Shown here: positions 32,246 through 42,958 of the stretch, one piece after another
How positions within the stretch are numbered: position 1 is the stretch's first letter
Layout: every line of letters begins with the position of its first letter
NCBI GenBank assembly: GCA_023205875.1
Contig: CP060758.1
Location: forward strand, 496,001-560,000
Direction of reading: 5' to 3'
DNA length: 64,000 bases
Source of the DNA: Chloropicon primus
Lineage: Eukaryota
The notes under the pieces: model-generated
What the model saw: only the letters and a program-made list of their open reading frames with translations
Database searches by the model: none
What the model was told of the DNA's origin: nothing
Program-made: the position numbers and the translations under genes

Positions 32246-33295
32246 TCAGTTTGTGAAGGGGTTCACCAGCCACGCCTTGTCCATCTGCTCTTGCACCGGA
32301 AGGCAGGAGCCCTCGAGGCCGCACAGGGCCCTCGACATGCTGTAGTGGGTGCAGGTGCACCCCACCGACCTGCTCGTGCTCGTGCGGAGAATGTAGCAGC
32401 CGTCCACCACAGGATTCGTGACGCAGCTCTGCAAAACCACGCCGTAGGACCTCTCCAGAGGCTCCCCGTCCGCGTTCTTGTCCGCGTAAATGTCGTTGAA
32501 GCTGTTGTACTCGGAGAGCACGTTGCTCTCGAACACCACCTCGTCGGCAAAGTCAAAGTCCTCGTCCCCGCAGCAGTCGCCCACGCTTCCCCTCAAGTCG
32601 GCGTGGGGGAAGAGGGAGGGAGTCGTGTCCTTTCCCGCGGGGCACTTGAGGTTCGACTCGTCGAACAGCGGCTTGACCACGAGGATGCCCGCCATGCTCT
32701 TCACCTGCATGGCGTCCACCTCTTCCAGGATAACGCTCCAGTCGTGGAAGTTGTTCTCGGGCGAGTCCTCCAGGAGCGCGGCGCCCTCCGAGGACGCGTC
32801 CTCGTCGTGGGCCCTCCCCCTCTCCTGGAACACCCTCGTCAGGGGCTTGTCCAAGGCCTCGTTGCACACGAAGGCCATCGTTATCGTGTCGTCCCCCCTC
32901 CTAGCGTGGGAGCTGTGCGTGCTCTTGTTCACCTTGTTCACCAAGTCAGGCACCATTTGGTTCAGCCACGCCCTGCTCAGCGTCGGCTTCTTGCACGGCA
33001 CCGCCGCGCCCAAACCCTTCAGGCCCAAGTTCGAGCTCGCCGGTCCCGCAGAGCACTGCACCTTTGACCCTCGAGCCGCAGCCGCAGCCGCCGTCGAAGG
33101 CGACGACGACAAGAGCGACGAAGACCCCAAAGTGGTCCTTGTTGACCTGGAGGAGGCAACACAAGAGTGGTCGCCGCTCGGCTTGTGTTGCCCTTGGGAC
33201 GAAGCCACCGACGACGACCCGACGGATCGTTCGAACTTTCGCCTCGGAGTCGAGAGATCCCGCATCGAGACGACCCTCTGCTGTTGCAGACACAT
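32246..33295 (-). CDS. Hypothetical protein with plant-type Cys-containing C-terminal motif, possibly plastid-targeted
   Basis: Ser-rich N-terminus and coding-like codon bias. C-terminal YGVVLQS...DGCYILRT.....GCTCTHYSMSR...Q...AWL resembles uncharacterised plant proteins. Confidence 0.65.
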   Translation of the reverse strand: MCLQQQRVVSMRDLSTPRRKFERSVGSSSVASSQGQHKPSGDHSCVASSRSTRTTLGSSSLLSSSPSTAAAAAARGSKVQCSAGPASSNLGLKGLGAAVPCKKPTLSRAWLNQMVPDLVNKVNKSTHSSHARRGDDTITMAFVCNEALDKPLTRVFQERGRAHDEDASSEGAALLEDSPENNFHDWSVILEEVDAMQVKSMAGILVVKPLFDESNLKCPAGKDTTPSLFPHADLRGSVGDCCGDEDFDFADEVVFESNVLSEYNSFNDIYADKNADGEPLERSYGVVLQSCVTNPVVDGCYILRTSTSRSVGCTCTHYSMSRALCGLEGSCLPVQEQMDKAWLVNPFTN

Positions 33296-34114
33296 CCTAC
33301 AAACTATTCTAAGAGATGGTCTCCTCTCCTCTCTCCCTGACCACAAAAAAAAAACACGACCTTCGACCCCCCCAAAAAAGCGCGGAGCGGAAAGGAAAAA
33401 AAGACAAGCACAAGAGAGGAACCCCCCCAAAAAAAAAAAAAGAAAGAAGACAAGACCCTCTTCCTTCCCTCTCTCTCTCTCTCTCAAGGCTTCCCTCTCG
33501 CCGTCGTTCTCCACCTCAGCTCAGCGCGCCCGCCACGCCCACGAGTCAACACTGTGAGACGTCCACGAAATCTCGTGTTTCGTCTCGCGATTGGTCGGTT
33601 CACCGTCCCCTGGAAAAGTAACGTCTCATATCATCGAAGCAAGCATCAGAAGAAAAGGACGAAAGCATACCGCCAGGGAGAGGGAAGAGCAAGGAAGGGA
33701 GGAGCAAGGGAGGATCACGCTTGAGGCAAAGAATCCAATCCAATTCCATTCAAGGGCTTAGTGGGCCCTCCTTCCCTTGGAGAAACGCAAAAAGGTGGGA
33801 CCTTGGGAACTCAAGCAAGGGGTTGTCAAGCAATACCATACGATACCCTACCAGAACAGAGAGGTGTCTTGGCCCAAGGCAGGAGGCCCGACTCCGGTTG
33901 GATAGGATAGGATTGCTTGGCTGTGTCATGTCCAGTGTCTGGTCCTCGTGTCCGGTTTGCTCCACAAAGTTTCCCCATTTGGTTTGTCGTCCTCGGTTGG
34001 TGTTCCCAATGCAGCGAGCGAAGAGGTGACAGTGGCGGGTGAGAAGCAAGTTGCTCTCTTGTTGTGTGTGTGCGTGTTTGAACTGCTGAGAAGAACGAAC
34101 GACCTAGAAGAACG

Positions 34115-36409
34115 ATGATGATAGTGGACTTGTTTGAGGAGGAGACGCTGTGGAGGTACACGGACGTGTACGACAAGGCCAAGCTGCTTGGCCCGGTGAC
34201 CTTCCCTGAGCTGAGGGAGCTTTGGAAGCTGGGACGTATTGGGCCAGGGACCACCGTGTCGAACGAGGCGTGGCTGCCCAAGCCAGTGGCAGTGAAGCGG
34301 GTCAAGGGCCTCATGACTGCGCTGTCCGTGAAGGGGGGGACTCCGAGGAACTCGAGATTGAGGGAGGAGGATCCCCACGCGACGGGGATAGAGGCCCAGT
34401 TGTGGTACTGCCAGATGCCGAACGGCGAGGTCGTGGGCCCGCTCAAGACGAGGACTCTGCAGAGGCTGTGGGTGGGCGGGAAGGTTGGTTCCCGGTACCT
34501 TGTTCGGGCCAAGTCCTCGAGCACTTGGCCCTCGGATCGGACGTACACGGTGGAGGGGCTCATGCAGGCCCTGGAGATCTTCACCAGGCGGCCGTCGGCG
34601 GTGCAGTCCGAGGGGCAGCAGGTCGTTCCCGAGGTTCCGACCAGCCTGATCACGCCCACGAGGGCAGCGGCGAGGGAGGACGACCTTCCCGTTGCGTCCC
34701 CCATTTCCGCCATCAAGGAGGTTGTGATCACCCTGCCAGGCCACAGGCACGGCAGCAGCAGCAGCAGGAGGAACAGCAGCAGGAAGGTGGAGGTGGAGGT
34801 CTCCACGACGGTCGAGGAGCCCGAGTCCTCGTCGTCCACCCACTCTTCGACGCTCGAAACGTCGTCGTCGAGGACGTTGACGACAGGTATCTCGACGGAG
34901 AGCCCCTCGGAGGCGACGTCCAGCGCCTCCGCGCTGGTGCCGTTCGCGAACCAGAGAGGCGTCCCCTCGGAGGCGACCTTGAGGAGGACGAGGACTCGCA
35001 TTACGTCTCAGAGCCAGGCACGAGGGGGGTCGCCCGCAAGGGAAAGGAGGAGGTCCTCTCACCAATCGCTGCAGGGCGGCAGGACCAAGGGGGCTTTGGA
35101 GCAAGACTCTGGCTTTACCGTGGAGCTGGAGAGGGCGAACGCGGAGATCAAGAGGCTAACCCACTCGTTGGCGCAGTCGGAGAAGGAAAAGATTCAAGCG
35201 AGGGAAGTGGCCCTCTCCCTGAGAACGATGCTGGTCGAAGAAAGAAAAAGGATGAAGGACAAGCCGCAGATTTCCTCCGCATTGCCCAAGAGCCCCCTCG
35301 CTCAAAACTCGGCCCCGGACCAGAGCGTCGAGCTGAAAAAGCTTTCTCACATGAGCACGGACAGCTTGTTTTCTTACGCCAACACTCTGAGGGCCGAGAA
35401 CGAGAAGCTGCTGTCGATCAGGAAAGAGATCGTGGACGCGCACAAGAGCGGCAAGGGGAGTGACGCCGGGGCGGGCAAGGTCGAAGGGATGAGAAGCGTC
35501 ACGCCGGTGCCTTTCAACATGTCCCCCAGCATCCCTGTGTCCGCGAATGCCAACGAGAAGGAGGCAGGCCAAGGACGAGCGGCGAACTTCGGTGGCATGC
35601 CCCCTTCATCCAGGGAAGCGTACGAGTCCAGCACCAGGACAGTGCATGCGGAGAGCCTGGCTGGACCCGCGTACTCGCCTTTCGGGGATGGATCGGTCGC
35701 CGCTCCCGCCCCCGCCCCGGTGCCTGACTTGAGCCACCAGCAGCACAAACCGAGGAGTGCCCACGTCTTCTCGCACTCGAGGAGGAACAGTGACAGCGGC
35801 CCGTGCGAATGCACGACGCATGCCCCGGACTACGAGGCCGATGACATCCTCGCAGAAATCGAGAAAGAGATCGAGATCTTCTTGACCCCCAGGGAGAACA
35901 GCCAGGCTCAGCTCAGAAGGGCGGACACCGTGCCTCGGTACGCGCCATCGTCCCAGGAAGCGCATGGAAGAAGGGAAGTTAGCCACGGCAGAGGAGGAGA
36001 CAGTGGCTACGATTTTGAATTCGCGCCGACGAGCCGCCAGGAGCCCTCGCCGTACGCCCACCAGCCCTCGCCGTACGTCCAGCGGGGGGGAGGGGCGGCA
36101 GGCTCGAAAGAGTGGTCCAAGGAGACAACCGTTAATCCAAGATACCAGCCGAGTTCTGACAAGATTGACGAGGCCGTGAAAGACTTCGTGCAGAAGTTCA
36201 AGGACGACGGGTTTCACCTCCCCCTGGCATACGCGGAGGGCTTTGGCTACATGCTCTCGGGCAAGAAAGTCCACTTGGCGTGCTTTGGCAAGAAGCTCCA
36301 CATTCGCTTCGGCGGTGGTTACATCGAGTTTCGAGACTACTTGGACCAGAAGAAGATCGTGCTTCACGAGCTGGCTCGGAGGAAGGACGACGACGACGTC
36401 TTTAGGTGA
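34115..36409 (+). CDS. Protein with two GYF_2-like motifs, a coiled coil and a C-terminal GAS2/GAR-like domain
   Basis: WRY.......LGPVTFPELRELWKLGRIGPGT.V and WY......VVGPLKT.TLQRLW.GG. C-terminal GY.LSGKKVHL....KKLHIRFGGGYIEFRDYL resembles GAR (RVGGGW). Confidence 0.7.
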   Translation: MMIVDLFEEETLWRYTDVYDKAKLLGPVTFPELRELWKLGRIGPGTTVSNEAWLPKPVAVKRVKGLMTALSVKGGTPRNSRLREEDPHATGIEAQLWYCQMPNGEVVGPLKTRTLQRLWVGGKVGSRYLVRAKSSSTWPSDRTYTVEGLMQALEIFTRRPSAVQSEGQQVVPEVPTSLITPTRAAAREDDLPVASPISAIKEVVITLPGHRHGSSSSRRNSSRKVEVEVSTTVEEPESSSSTHSSTLETSSSRTLTTGISTESPSEATSSASALVPFANQRGVPSEATLRRTRTRITSQSQARGGSPARERRRSSHQSLQGGRTKGALEQDSGFTVELERANAEIKRLTHSLAQSEKEKIQAREVALSLRTMLVEERKRMKDKPQISSALPKSPLAQNSAPDQSVELKKLSHMSTDSLFSYANTLRAENEKLLSIRKEIVDAHKSGKGSDAGAGKVEGMRSVTPVPFNMSPSIPVSANANEKEAGQGRAANFGGMPPSSREAYESSTRTVHAESLAGPAYSPFGDGSVAAPAPAPVPDLSHQQHKPRSAHVFSHSRRNSDSGPCECTTHAPDYEADDILAEIEKEIEIFLTPRENSQAQLRRADTVPRYAPSSQEAHGRREVSHGRGGDSGYDFEFAPTSRQEPSPYAHQPSPYVQRGGGAAGSKEWSKETTVNPRYQPSSDKIDEAVKDFVQKFKDDGFHLPLAYAEGFGYMLSGKKVHLACFGKKLHIRFGGGYIEFRDYLDQKKIVLHELARRKDDDDVFR

Positions 36410-36496
36410 CGTCTTTTTTAGGACTAGGGAAAAAAGGCACACACAAAATGTAATAACACAAAAACGAAACGAAAGCTTGCTGCTCTGGTCTCTTTA

Positions 36497-38434
36497 TTAT
36501 TTCTTTCGATACACTGGGTTTGGCACGGGACTGATGATCTGAGATGTCAGGTCCTGCACAAAATACGCGGCAAGGGCGGGCAAATCAGTCACCACCTCTT
36601 CCACCAGCTTCCTGCTGTCCACCAGCTGGGGACCTCCCTGAAACTTTTGGAGGAGCTTCAAGATCTCCTCGATCTGGAACGAATTGTCGTGAGTCGCGGC
36701 CGCCACGAGCTGAGATCTCAGCGATCGGTCCCTGGCCACAACCTGCAGGAGGCCTCTAATGGTGTCCGTCAGGTCGAGATCCAAGTTGCCGTCCTGGGCA
36801 AGCTCAAGCAAATTGGAGAGCCTCTCCCATTGGAACTCCTCGTCCTTGAAAAGGACCTGCGTGAGCCTGTTCCTCAGCCCGCTGTCCGTCAGCAGCCTCT
36901 TCGCGACGTATGGGTAAGCCACCTCCAAGAATCGGAACTCCGGCTCCAGAGTGATGCAGATTCCCTCCTGGATGAGCAAGGTCCTGATGACAAGGCTGAA
37001 CCTCTCTGGAATTCTGATGGGGTACTGGTACACGAGCTCGTTGAACTTCCCGGTCACGTTCCTGAAGTTAAACTCTGACAGGCTCTTCCCCAGCGAGTCT
37101 GTCCAGATCTGCTCCAGCGCCGGCACGATGGGGCCGATGTCCGTTTCCTCGGACAGGAAGCCCAGCCTGCTGAAGTCTCCCGCCATCTCCACGTAGTCCT
37201 TGTTCACGGCGTGGACCACGGCGTCTATGAGAACCTGCTTGTTCTTCTCGCTGATCTCCGCGACGTTGCCGAAGTCCACGTAAGCAATCCTCCCGTCGTC
37301 CAACGCGAAGATGTTGCCAGGGTGCGGGTCCCCGTGAAAGAGCCCAAACTCCAAGAGCTGCCTCAGGCCGGACACGACGCCGACCCGGATGAACTCGTCC
37401 ACCTTCACCCTCCTCCTTATTCCCTCCGGATCCGTGCACCTCGTGCCGTCAATCCACTCCATCGTGATCAACTCGGGCCCCGAGAGGTCCCTCCTGACCC
37501 AAGGTATCTTCACGAACTTGTCCCCCTTAAAGTTGTCGAAAAAATCTTGAATGTTCCTGGCCTCCTGGTTGTAATCCAGCTCCTCGAGAATCTTCTCCCC
37601 GAACTCGTCCACGATGAGCTGCGCGTCGCAGCCGAGGTTCCTCTGCGAGTAATCTTCCAAGAACCCGGCCAGCCAACGGAAGAGGACCAGGTCCTTCTCT
37701 ATGGTCGGCAACACCCCGGGCCGCTGCACCTTCACCGCCACCTCCTCCCCCGTTGACTTCAGGGTCGCCCTGTACACCTGCCCCAGGGATGCCGCCGCGA
37801 CGGGCTCCTTGGAGATTTTGCTGTAAGTCTCCCCTATCGTCCTGCCGAGGTTCCTCTCGATGATCTCGAAGGCTTCCTCGTCCGGGAAGGAAGGCACGTC
37901 GTCCTGCAGCACGCAGAGCTCCTCCATGTAATCCGCGCGAATGAGGTCTGGCCTGTTCGCCAGGACCTGCCCCGCCTTGATGAAGGAGGGCCCGAGGTAC
38001 GTCAGGGTCTCCCTGAGCTCCGCCGCCCTGCTCTTCACCGCCTCGTTCCCGTACAGGTCGTCGAGCTTCAGACACGCGAAGAACTTCCCCAGGCTAAACA
38101 AGATGTCGAACCCCCTCACCGCCAACTTGGCCGCGTCAAGCGGATTCTTCACATTCCGCCGGACGAGCTCCTCCGGGTCGTACTGCACGCTCACGCTGCA
38201 GGCCCCGCTCTCCGTGAACAGGTTCTCCTGCGTCCTCTTCGCGAGGCTCCTTGGGACCCAACTCCTCAAGTTCTCCGAGGAGGAGGAGGAGAAGGAGGAG
38301 GAGGTCTCCCTCCCGCGACGGAGCAACGCCGTCGTCGAGGGCGAGGTATGGCATGAGCCGACCGCCCTGCACCTTGCCCTTCCCCCTGCCGCCGTCCTCC
38401 CCCTCCCGTAGTGGCAACCCCCCCGCCCTTCCAT
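36497..38434 (-). CDS. ABC1K1: ABC1/UbiB atypical kinase, ABC1K1-like, plastid
   Basis: LGPSFIKAGQVLANRPD, LQDDVP, AAASLGQVYRA, VAVKVQRP, GLFHGDPHPGN and YVDFGNV. Confidence 0.88.
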   Translation of the reverse strand: MEGRGGCHYGRGRTAAGGRARCRAVGSCHTSPSTTALLRRGRETSSSFSSSSSENLRSWVPRSLAKRTQENLFTESGACSVSVQYDPEELVRRNVKNPLDAAKLAVRGFDILFSLGKFFACLKLDDLYGNEAVKSRAAELRETLTYLGPSFIKAGQVLANRPDLIRADYMEELCVLQDDVPSFPDEEAFEIIERNLGRTIGETYSKISKEPVAAASLGQVYRATLKSTGEEVAVKVQRPGVLPTIEKDLVLFRWLAGFLEDYSQRNLGCDAQLIVDEFGEKILEELDYNQEARNIQDFFDNFKGDKFVKIPWVRRDLSGPELITMEWIDGTRCTDPEGIRRRVKVDEFIRVGVVSGLRQLLEFGLFHGDPHPGNIFALDDGRIAYVDFGNVAEISEKNKQVLIDAVVHAVNKDYVEMAGDFSRLGFLSEETDIGPIVPALEQIWTDSLGKSLSEFNFRNVTGKFNELVYQYPIRIPERFSLVIRTLLIQEGICITLEPEFRFLEVAYPYVAKRLLTDSGLRNRLTQVLFKDEEFQWERLSNLLELAQDGNLDLDLTDTIRGLLQVVARDRSLRSQLVAAATHDNSFQIEEILKLLQKFQGGPQLVDSRKLVEEVVTDLPALAAYFVQDLTSQIISPVPNPVYRKK

Positions 38435-38807
38435 CACCCCTTCTCCCTTCCCCACAACAACAACAACCCCTTTCGACACCAGAACCCGGACCCTTCAAGC
38501 GTTCGTCCGCGAGGCGAGTTGCCGTGGTTGGCCTCCGCCCCTCTTCCCCTCCTCGTCCTCGCCGGGCTCGGACACGCAGGGTCTTGACCCACACCTCCGC
38601 CTTTGCTCTAATCCTAATCCTCCTCGAAGGTCCACGTTGTGAGGCGGAGATCCGCGAGATTTGGTCCACAGAGATCTGGGCCTCTAGGAGGAGGAAGAGG
38701 CCAGTTGTCCATGGGATGAGGGATGCTGTCCTTGGGATGAGGATGCCCGCCCGCGAGGAACAAGGGGACAAGGAGGGAGGGAACAAAAAAGGGCAAGACG
38801 ACGACGG

Positions 38808-38843
38808 AACGATAAACGATAAACGATAAACGATAAACGATAA
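38808..38843. repeat. (AACGATA)n heptamer tandem repeat
   Basis: About 5 units of gataaac. Confidence 0.8.
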
Positions 38844-38990
38844 AATAATAATTCATTTACAGGAGGCTTTATCTTTTATCTTCTATCTTCTATCTTCGCT
38901 AATATACTTCTCTCTCTGTGTGTCTACTTCACATAGAATATGGAGTCAGTGAGTGATGGACGGAAGTCCAGGGGTTTTTCTTCTTGTTTT

Positions 38991-40361
38991 TCAGTCCTTG
39001 CTGCGCAAGCGAATGCGCGGTGGCCAGTCCAACCCGTAAGACTTCAAGAACCTGTCGAGTATGGGGAGCGGGTCCAACTCCTTGGAAAGAATCTTCTGCT
39101 CCAGGTCGTTGAAGGCGCTCTCGGACCAGCCCTCGCCGAAGTAGCCCAAGCCGATCATCCACGCCGCTATGGCGTCCGAATCGTAGTAGAGGCTCGAGAT
39201 CCCTTCCTCGTGCTCCTGAAGGAGCGTTTTCGCGATGCTGTTGCCGAGGTACTTGGACAAGACGGCGAAGTACGCCTCGTACCTGTTCTGCTCCGAGGGG
39301 TACGGGTACATCTGCGGTTGCTCCGCAGGCTTTTCCATGGGCCTTTCTATTGGGCTCCCCTCCGCCTTTCGCTGGCTCTGCTGCGAAACGCTGTAGTGCT
39401 GGTGCTCCTGCCGGTGGTGGTGGTGGTGCGGGTGGTGGTGGTGCGGGTGGTGGTGGTGCGGGTGGTGGTCGCTGTCCTCGAACTGCGGCTGCGTCTTCCC
39501 ACGCCCATCGTCTTCCGGCGGCCCTCTGCCTCGACCGCCCTTGGCCTTCGCAGCGTTGGAGCTCTTCTTGGCGCTGTCCAGCTGATCCTTCAGCCTCTGC
39601 TTCACCTCGTCAAAAGTCTTGGTGATCCTTTCCATCTCCACCATGTTGATCTTGTGTAGAGTGTTCTCCGAGAGCATGACATTCTGGAAGCCCTGGCAGT
39701 CGCTGAGGAGCTCCTCCGTCGACTTGCTCTTGATTTTGGTCTCGAGAGCCTGCTCCCTCATGGCCTTGTCCATCTCGAACAGCTTGTTGAAGTACTTGGA
39801 CTCCCTCAAGACCTCCTCCAGCTCGGCCGGGCTGCTCGACGGGGCGTGCTCCCTCCCCGGAGCACGGCTCGAGTACCTCGGCTGGGCGCTCGTGGAAGGC
39901 ACGTTGCCTTGCAGGTGAGAGGTGGCCCTCTCGGTGTCCCCTGGCAGCTCCACCAGGTGGGAGGGCACGAAGTCCTCGTCCGAGTAGTCCCCAGGTCCCT
40001 CGTACATGGCCCCCCTCTTTCCGTGAGGGCCCCTCTTCGCCCGCTTCATCGCCTTGGCGTCGTGGTCCACCTTGTGGAACACCGGGCCTGGCATCCTCCC
40101 CACCTTGTTTCCCCTTCCTTTCGGCGGCTGGTACGGCCATCGCACCAATCCAACCTCGCGGCACCTCTTGCGAAGCGTCCTCACGCTCATGTTCAAGTAC
40201 TTGCAGGCCTCCTCCTGAGGAAGGTGGCCGTATCGTATGATGTCATCCTTATTGAAAGCCACCTTGTCGCACCTTTCCTTCCTTATCACCTGCAGTCGCG
40301 GGCACCAAAGCGAGAGGAGCAACCAAGACGAAGACAAGTTAGCACAACAAGAACAAGTTAA

Positions 40362-40395
<34 letters not shown>

Positions 40396-40642
40396 ATGAG
40401 TCAGGGAAGCTTGGTTGTGCAAACCAAGGCAAAGAAAAGTCCTTGTCCTGGTCGGAACTCACCTCTCCAGGAGGGATGCACATCTCCATACGCCTTTTTC
40501 GGAGGGTAAAGGTGCTCACCCCCAGCCTCTGGGCACCATCCCTAACGCTCAAGTTATTCACGCTCTCAATCTCTTCCCTTGAAAGATATATCTTCCTGTT
40601 AGATAACTTTTTCGGCGGGATCTCTCCGTCCGTGTTGGACAT
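38991..40642 (-). CDS. RWP-RK transcription factor with two RWP-RK-like units, 2 exons (40642-40463, 40289-38991)
   Basis: Exon 2: DIIRYGHLPQEEACKYLNMSVRTLRKRCREVGLVRWPYQ. Exon 1: EEIESVNNLSVRDGAQRLGVSTFTLRKRRMEM. Phase-0 intron gtgagt..ctgcag contains a (CA)n tract. Confidence 0.8.
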
Positions 40643-41539
40643 GTTTACGTCCCAAGGCCGCCAGGGACTTTTGTTATTTTGAGCGATGCCCGATGTCCTC
40701 GCCACGGAGGACAACCGGCGTTCACTCTATCCTTCCCCTCTGTGGCTCTTGCCAATGCCAAAGTTTTCCCAAGGTTCTCGATCGAGTGATCCGGCCGGGG
40801 TGGCTAAACCCTGAAGGAAGATTCCGGGATCCAGGCGTCCAGGCTGGACGGACTGGCCTTGCTCTGGGAAAACAACGTCTCAAGGGAGAAGGGCATCTAG
40901 AGACTAGAGAGTCTAGAGAGTCTAGAGTCTAGAGACTAGAGAGGAGGGATCCATCCCTCCTCTGAAAAAAAAATAGAAGATATAGAAGATATAGGTGGCT
41001 TTTAATTTTATTCTGGCTGGCTGGCTCCTTTCCTCCACCTTGCAAGGTGGTGGTTTTTCCTGGATGATGGTTGGATTCATTCTTATTCTTTTGATCCGTC
41101 GTTGACGTCCCAGTAGTTGTACTCAAGTCGTTGCCGTTATCCTTGCACACGCCCCCAAATTGATGGATGCGTCAGCCCATGGCCTCGGAATCGATGACTT
41201 CCCGCTCGATTGACTTCGCTGTCCTCCCCTTCCTCGCGCCCGAGATCCCTTGCAAGGAACCCCTCGTGGTGTTGCTGGTGCTGGTGGTTTGTGACCGTGT
41301 ATGCGTCCATGGGGTCGAAGCTTCTGCTCTCGGTGTCGGACTCCAACTCGGACAGACCGACCCGACCCCGCGAGGTCGTCGCGGCATTGGTCAAGCATTG
41401 CCCTGTAACGCGCGCCGATGGAGCCTCGTCTTCGAGAATCCTGAGCTCCCACCGGTCTGGGTGGGTCCTCCCCCTCTTCTGGCTCGGGGTCTGGCGGCCA
41501 CCGCGAACAGCTGCTTCTATCCTTTGTCCATCCCCCAGA

Positions 41540-42958
41540 TCACGGGTCGCTTGTACGCGGGGGATACTGCTGCTGCTGCTGCTGCTGCTGGTAAGGGCCC
41601 TGAGGCGAGGGGAAGGGGAAGGCCTGTGGCGGGAAGGGGAAGGCCTGCGGATGGGGGAAAGCCATGCCCATGGGCATGACCATGGGCGCCGCGCCGTACG
41701 CCACGCCGTCCCCCGCCCCGCCCTGGAAGGGCGCTCGCGCCGCCGCCGTCGACGCCCCGGCGGGCTTGAAGGCCTTGGCGTTGGGGTTGAAGGAGAAGGG
41801 CTTCGCGTTGGGGTTGAGCCCCGAGGACTTTGGCTTCGCAGCAGCAGTCGCGTCCGCCGAAGCCTTCCCCTCGTCCTTCTTCCCCGTGTCCTTCCTCTCC
41901 CCCTGCTGCGGCGCCGCAGCAGGGGCGCCTCGCAGTACGCCCGAGTACTTGTCCTCCTCGTCCATGCCGGAGTCGTCGATGTAGTGGCCCCTCTCCTCGG
42001 CCACGTGGGTGTTGGAAGAGCTCTGGCCCTCGATCTCCCTGGCTATCCTCTCCGCCCGAGCCTCGATCGCTTTCATCCTCGGGTCGCTCTTGTTCAGAGC
42101 CGTGGTGTACTGCTCCTCCGAGTAAGTTGTCTTCGCCCCCGTCATCCTCTCGAAGGCCGCGAACTGGTCCCAGTCCTTGCCCCCTGCCCCAGGGCCCGAG
42201 ATCTGGTGGAAGCTTCCCGGGCCAGGAGCGCCACCACCACCACCACCAGCAGCAGCGGCGGCCGGCTGACTCATACTCATGCTCTCCTCGTCCTCGGCGG
42301 TCGGCGTCCACCTCTCGAGCTGCCTGCCGTAACCCGTAGCCTTGCCCCTCGAGATGGACGAGTCCGTCCCGAAGCCTCCCGCGTCCTCGTGGCCCGCCAG
42401 CCCCGCTTGTTTGGCAGGCCCCACGGACGCCGCGTCCGTCTTCACCGCCTTTGCGGTGATCTGGATGACGTCCGGCGAGTGGATCACAAGCTTTTGCAAG
42501 GGCTTTTCCACGATCTCGTCCTTGCTGGCCTCCGCGTCCTTGCTGTCGTCCTTGACGATCTCAGCCATGGACAGCACGACGTCATAGTCCTTTGGGTTGG
42601 GGGTCCCGAAGCTGTGCAGGATCCCTTCGTACGTGCGGCCACCCTTCACCTGGACCTGGACCTTGTAGCCCACGAGGACCTCGTGAATGAAGCGCAGGCG
42701 AGCTCCCATGGACATGGAGTCCCCAGCCTCGCTGGGTGCCTGGCCAGCCCCGCCCGCCGCGTTGTTCGACCCCGCGCTTTGACCCGCCCCACTACCACCA
42801 CCACCCTTCTGTCCTCCACCACCGCCACTGCTCGACTTGTTGGTCCTCCCTCCGCGCGAGTTGTTCGAACCTCCCCTCCCCCCTGCCGCCGGGGCACCTC
42901 CTCTCTCCAAACCCGGAGGTGGTGCGTTGCGCCACGTGTTGTTACTCGGTCCCGCCAT
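41540..42958 (-). CDS. Ataxin-2-like / CID3-CID4-like PABP-interacting protein (Lsm, LsmAD, PAM2)
   Basis: LVGYKVQVQVKGG..YEGI (Lsm); FGTD, LERW, WDQFAA, YSEEQYTT.L, AERIAREIE, ERG...DEEDKYSGV (LsmAD); LNPNAKPF (PAM2). Confidence 0.9.
   Translation of the reverse strand: MAGPSNNTWRNAPPPGLERGGAPAAGGRGGSNNSRGGRTNKSSSGGGGGQKGGGGSGAGQSAGSNNAAGGAGQAPSEAGDSMSMGARLRFIHEVLVGYKVQVQVKGGRTYEGILHSFGTPNPKDYDVVLSMAEIVKDDSKDAEASKDEIVEKPLQKLVIHSPDVIQITAKAVKTDAASVGPAKQAGLAGHEDAGGFGTDSSISRGKATGYGRQLERWTPTAEDEESMSMSQPAAAAAGGGGGGAPGPGSFHQISGPGAGGKDWDQFAAFERMTGAKTTYSEEQYTTALNKSDPRMKAIEARAERIAREIEGQSSSNTHVAEERGHYIDDSGMDEEDKYSGVLRGAPAAAPQQGERKDTGKKDEGKASADATAAAKPKSSGLNPNAKPFSFNPNAKAFKPAGASTAAARAPFQGGAGDGVAYGAAPMVMPMGMAFPHPQAFPFPPQAFPFPSPQGPYQQQQQQQQYPPRTSDP

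Noticed and set aside
33928..34029. Short ORF MSSVWSSCPVCSTKF... upstream of the GYF/GAR gene
   Set aside because: It has one CxxC only and no convincing splice to the main ORF. It could be a uORF but this is unsupported.
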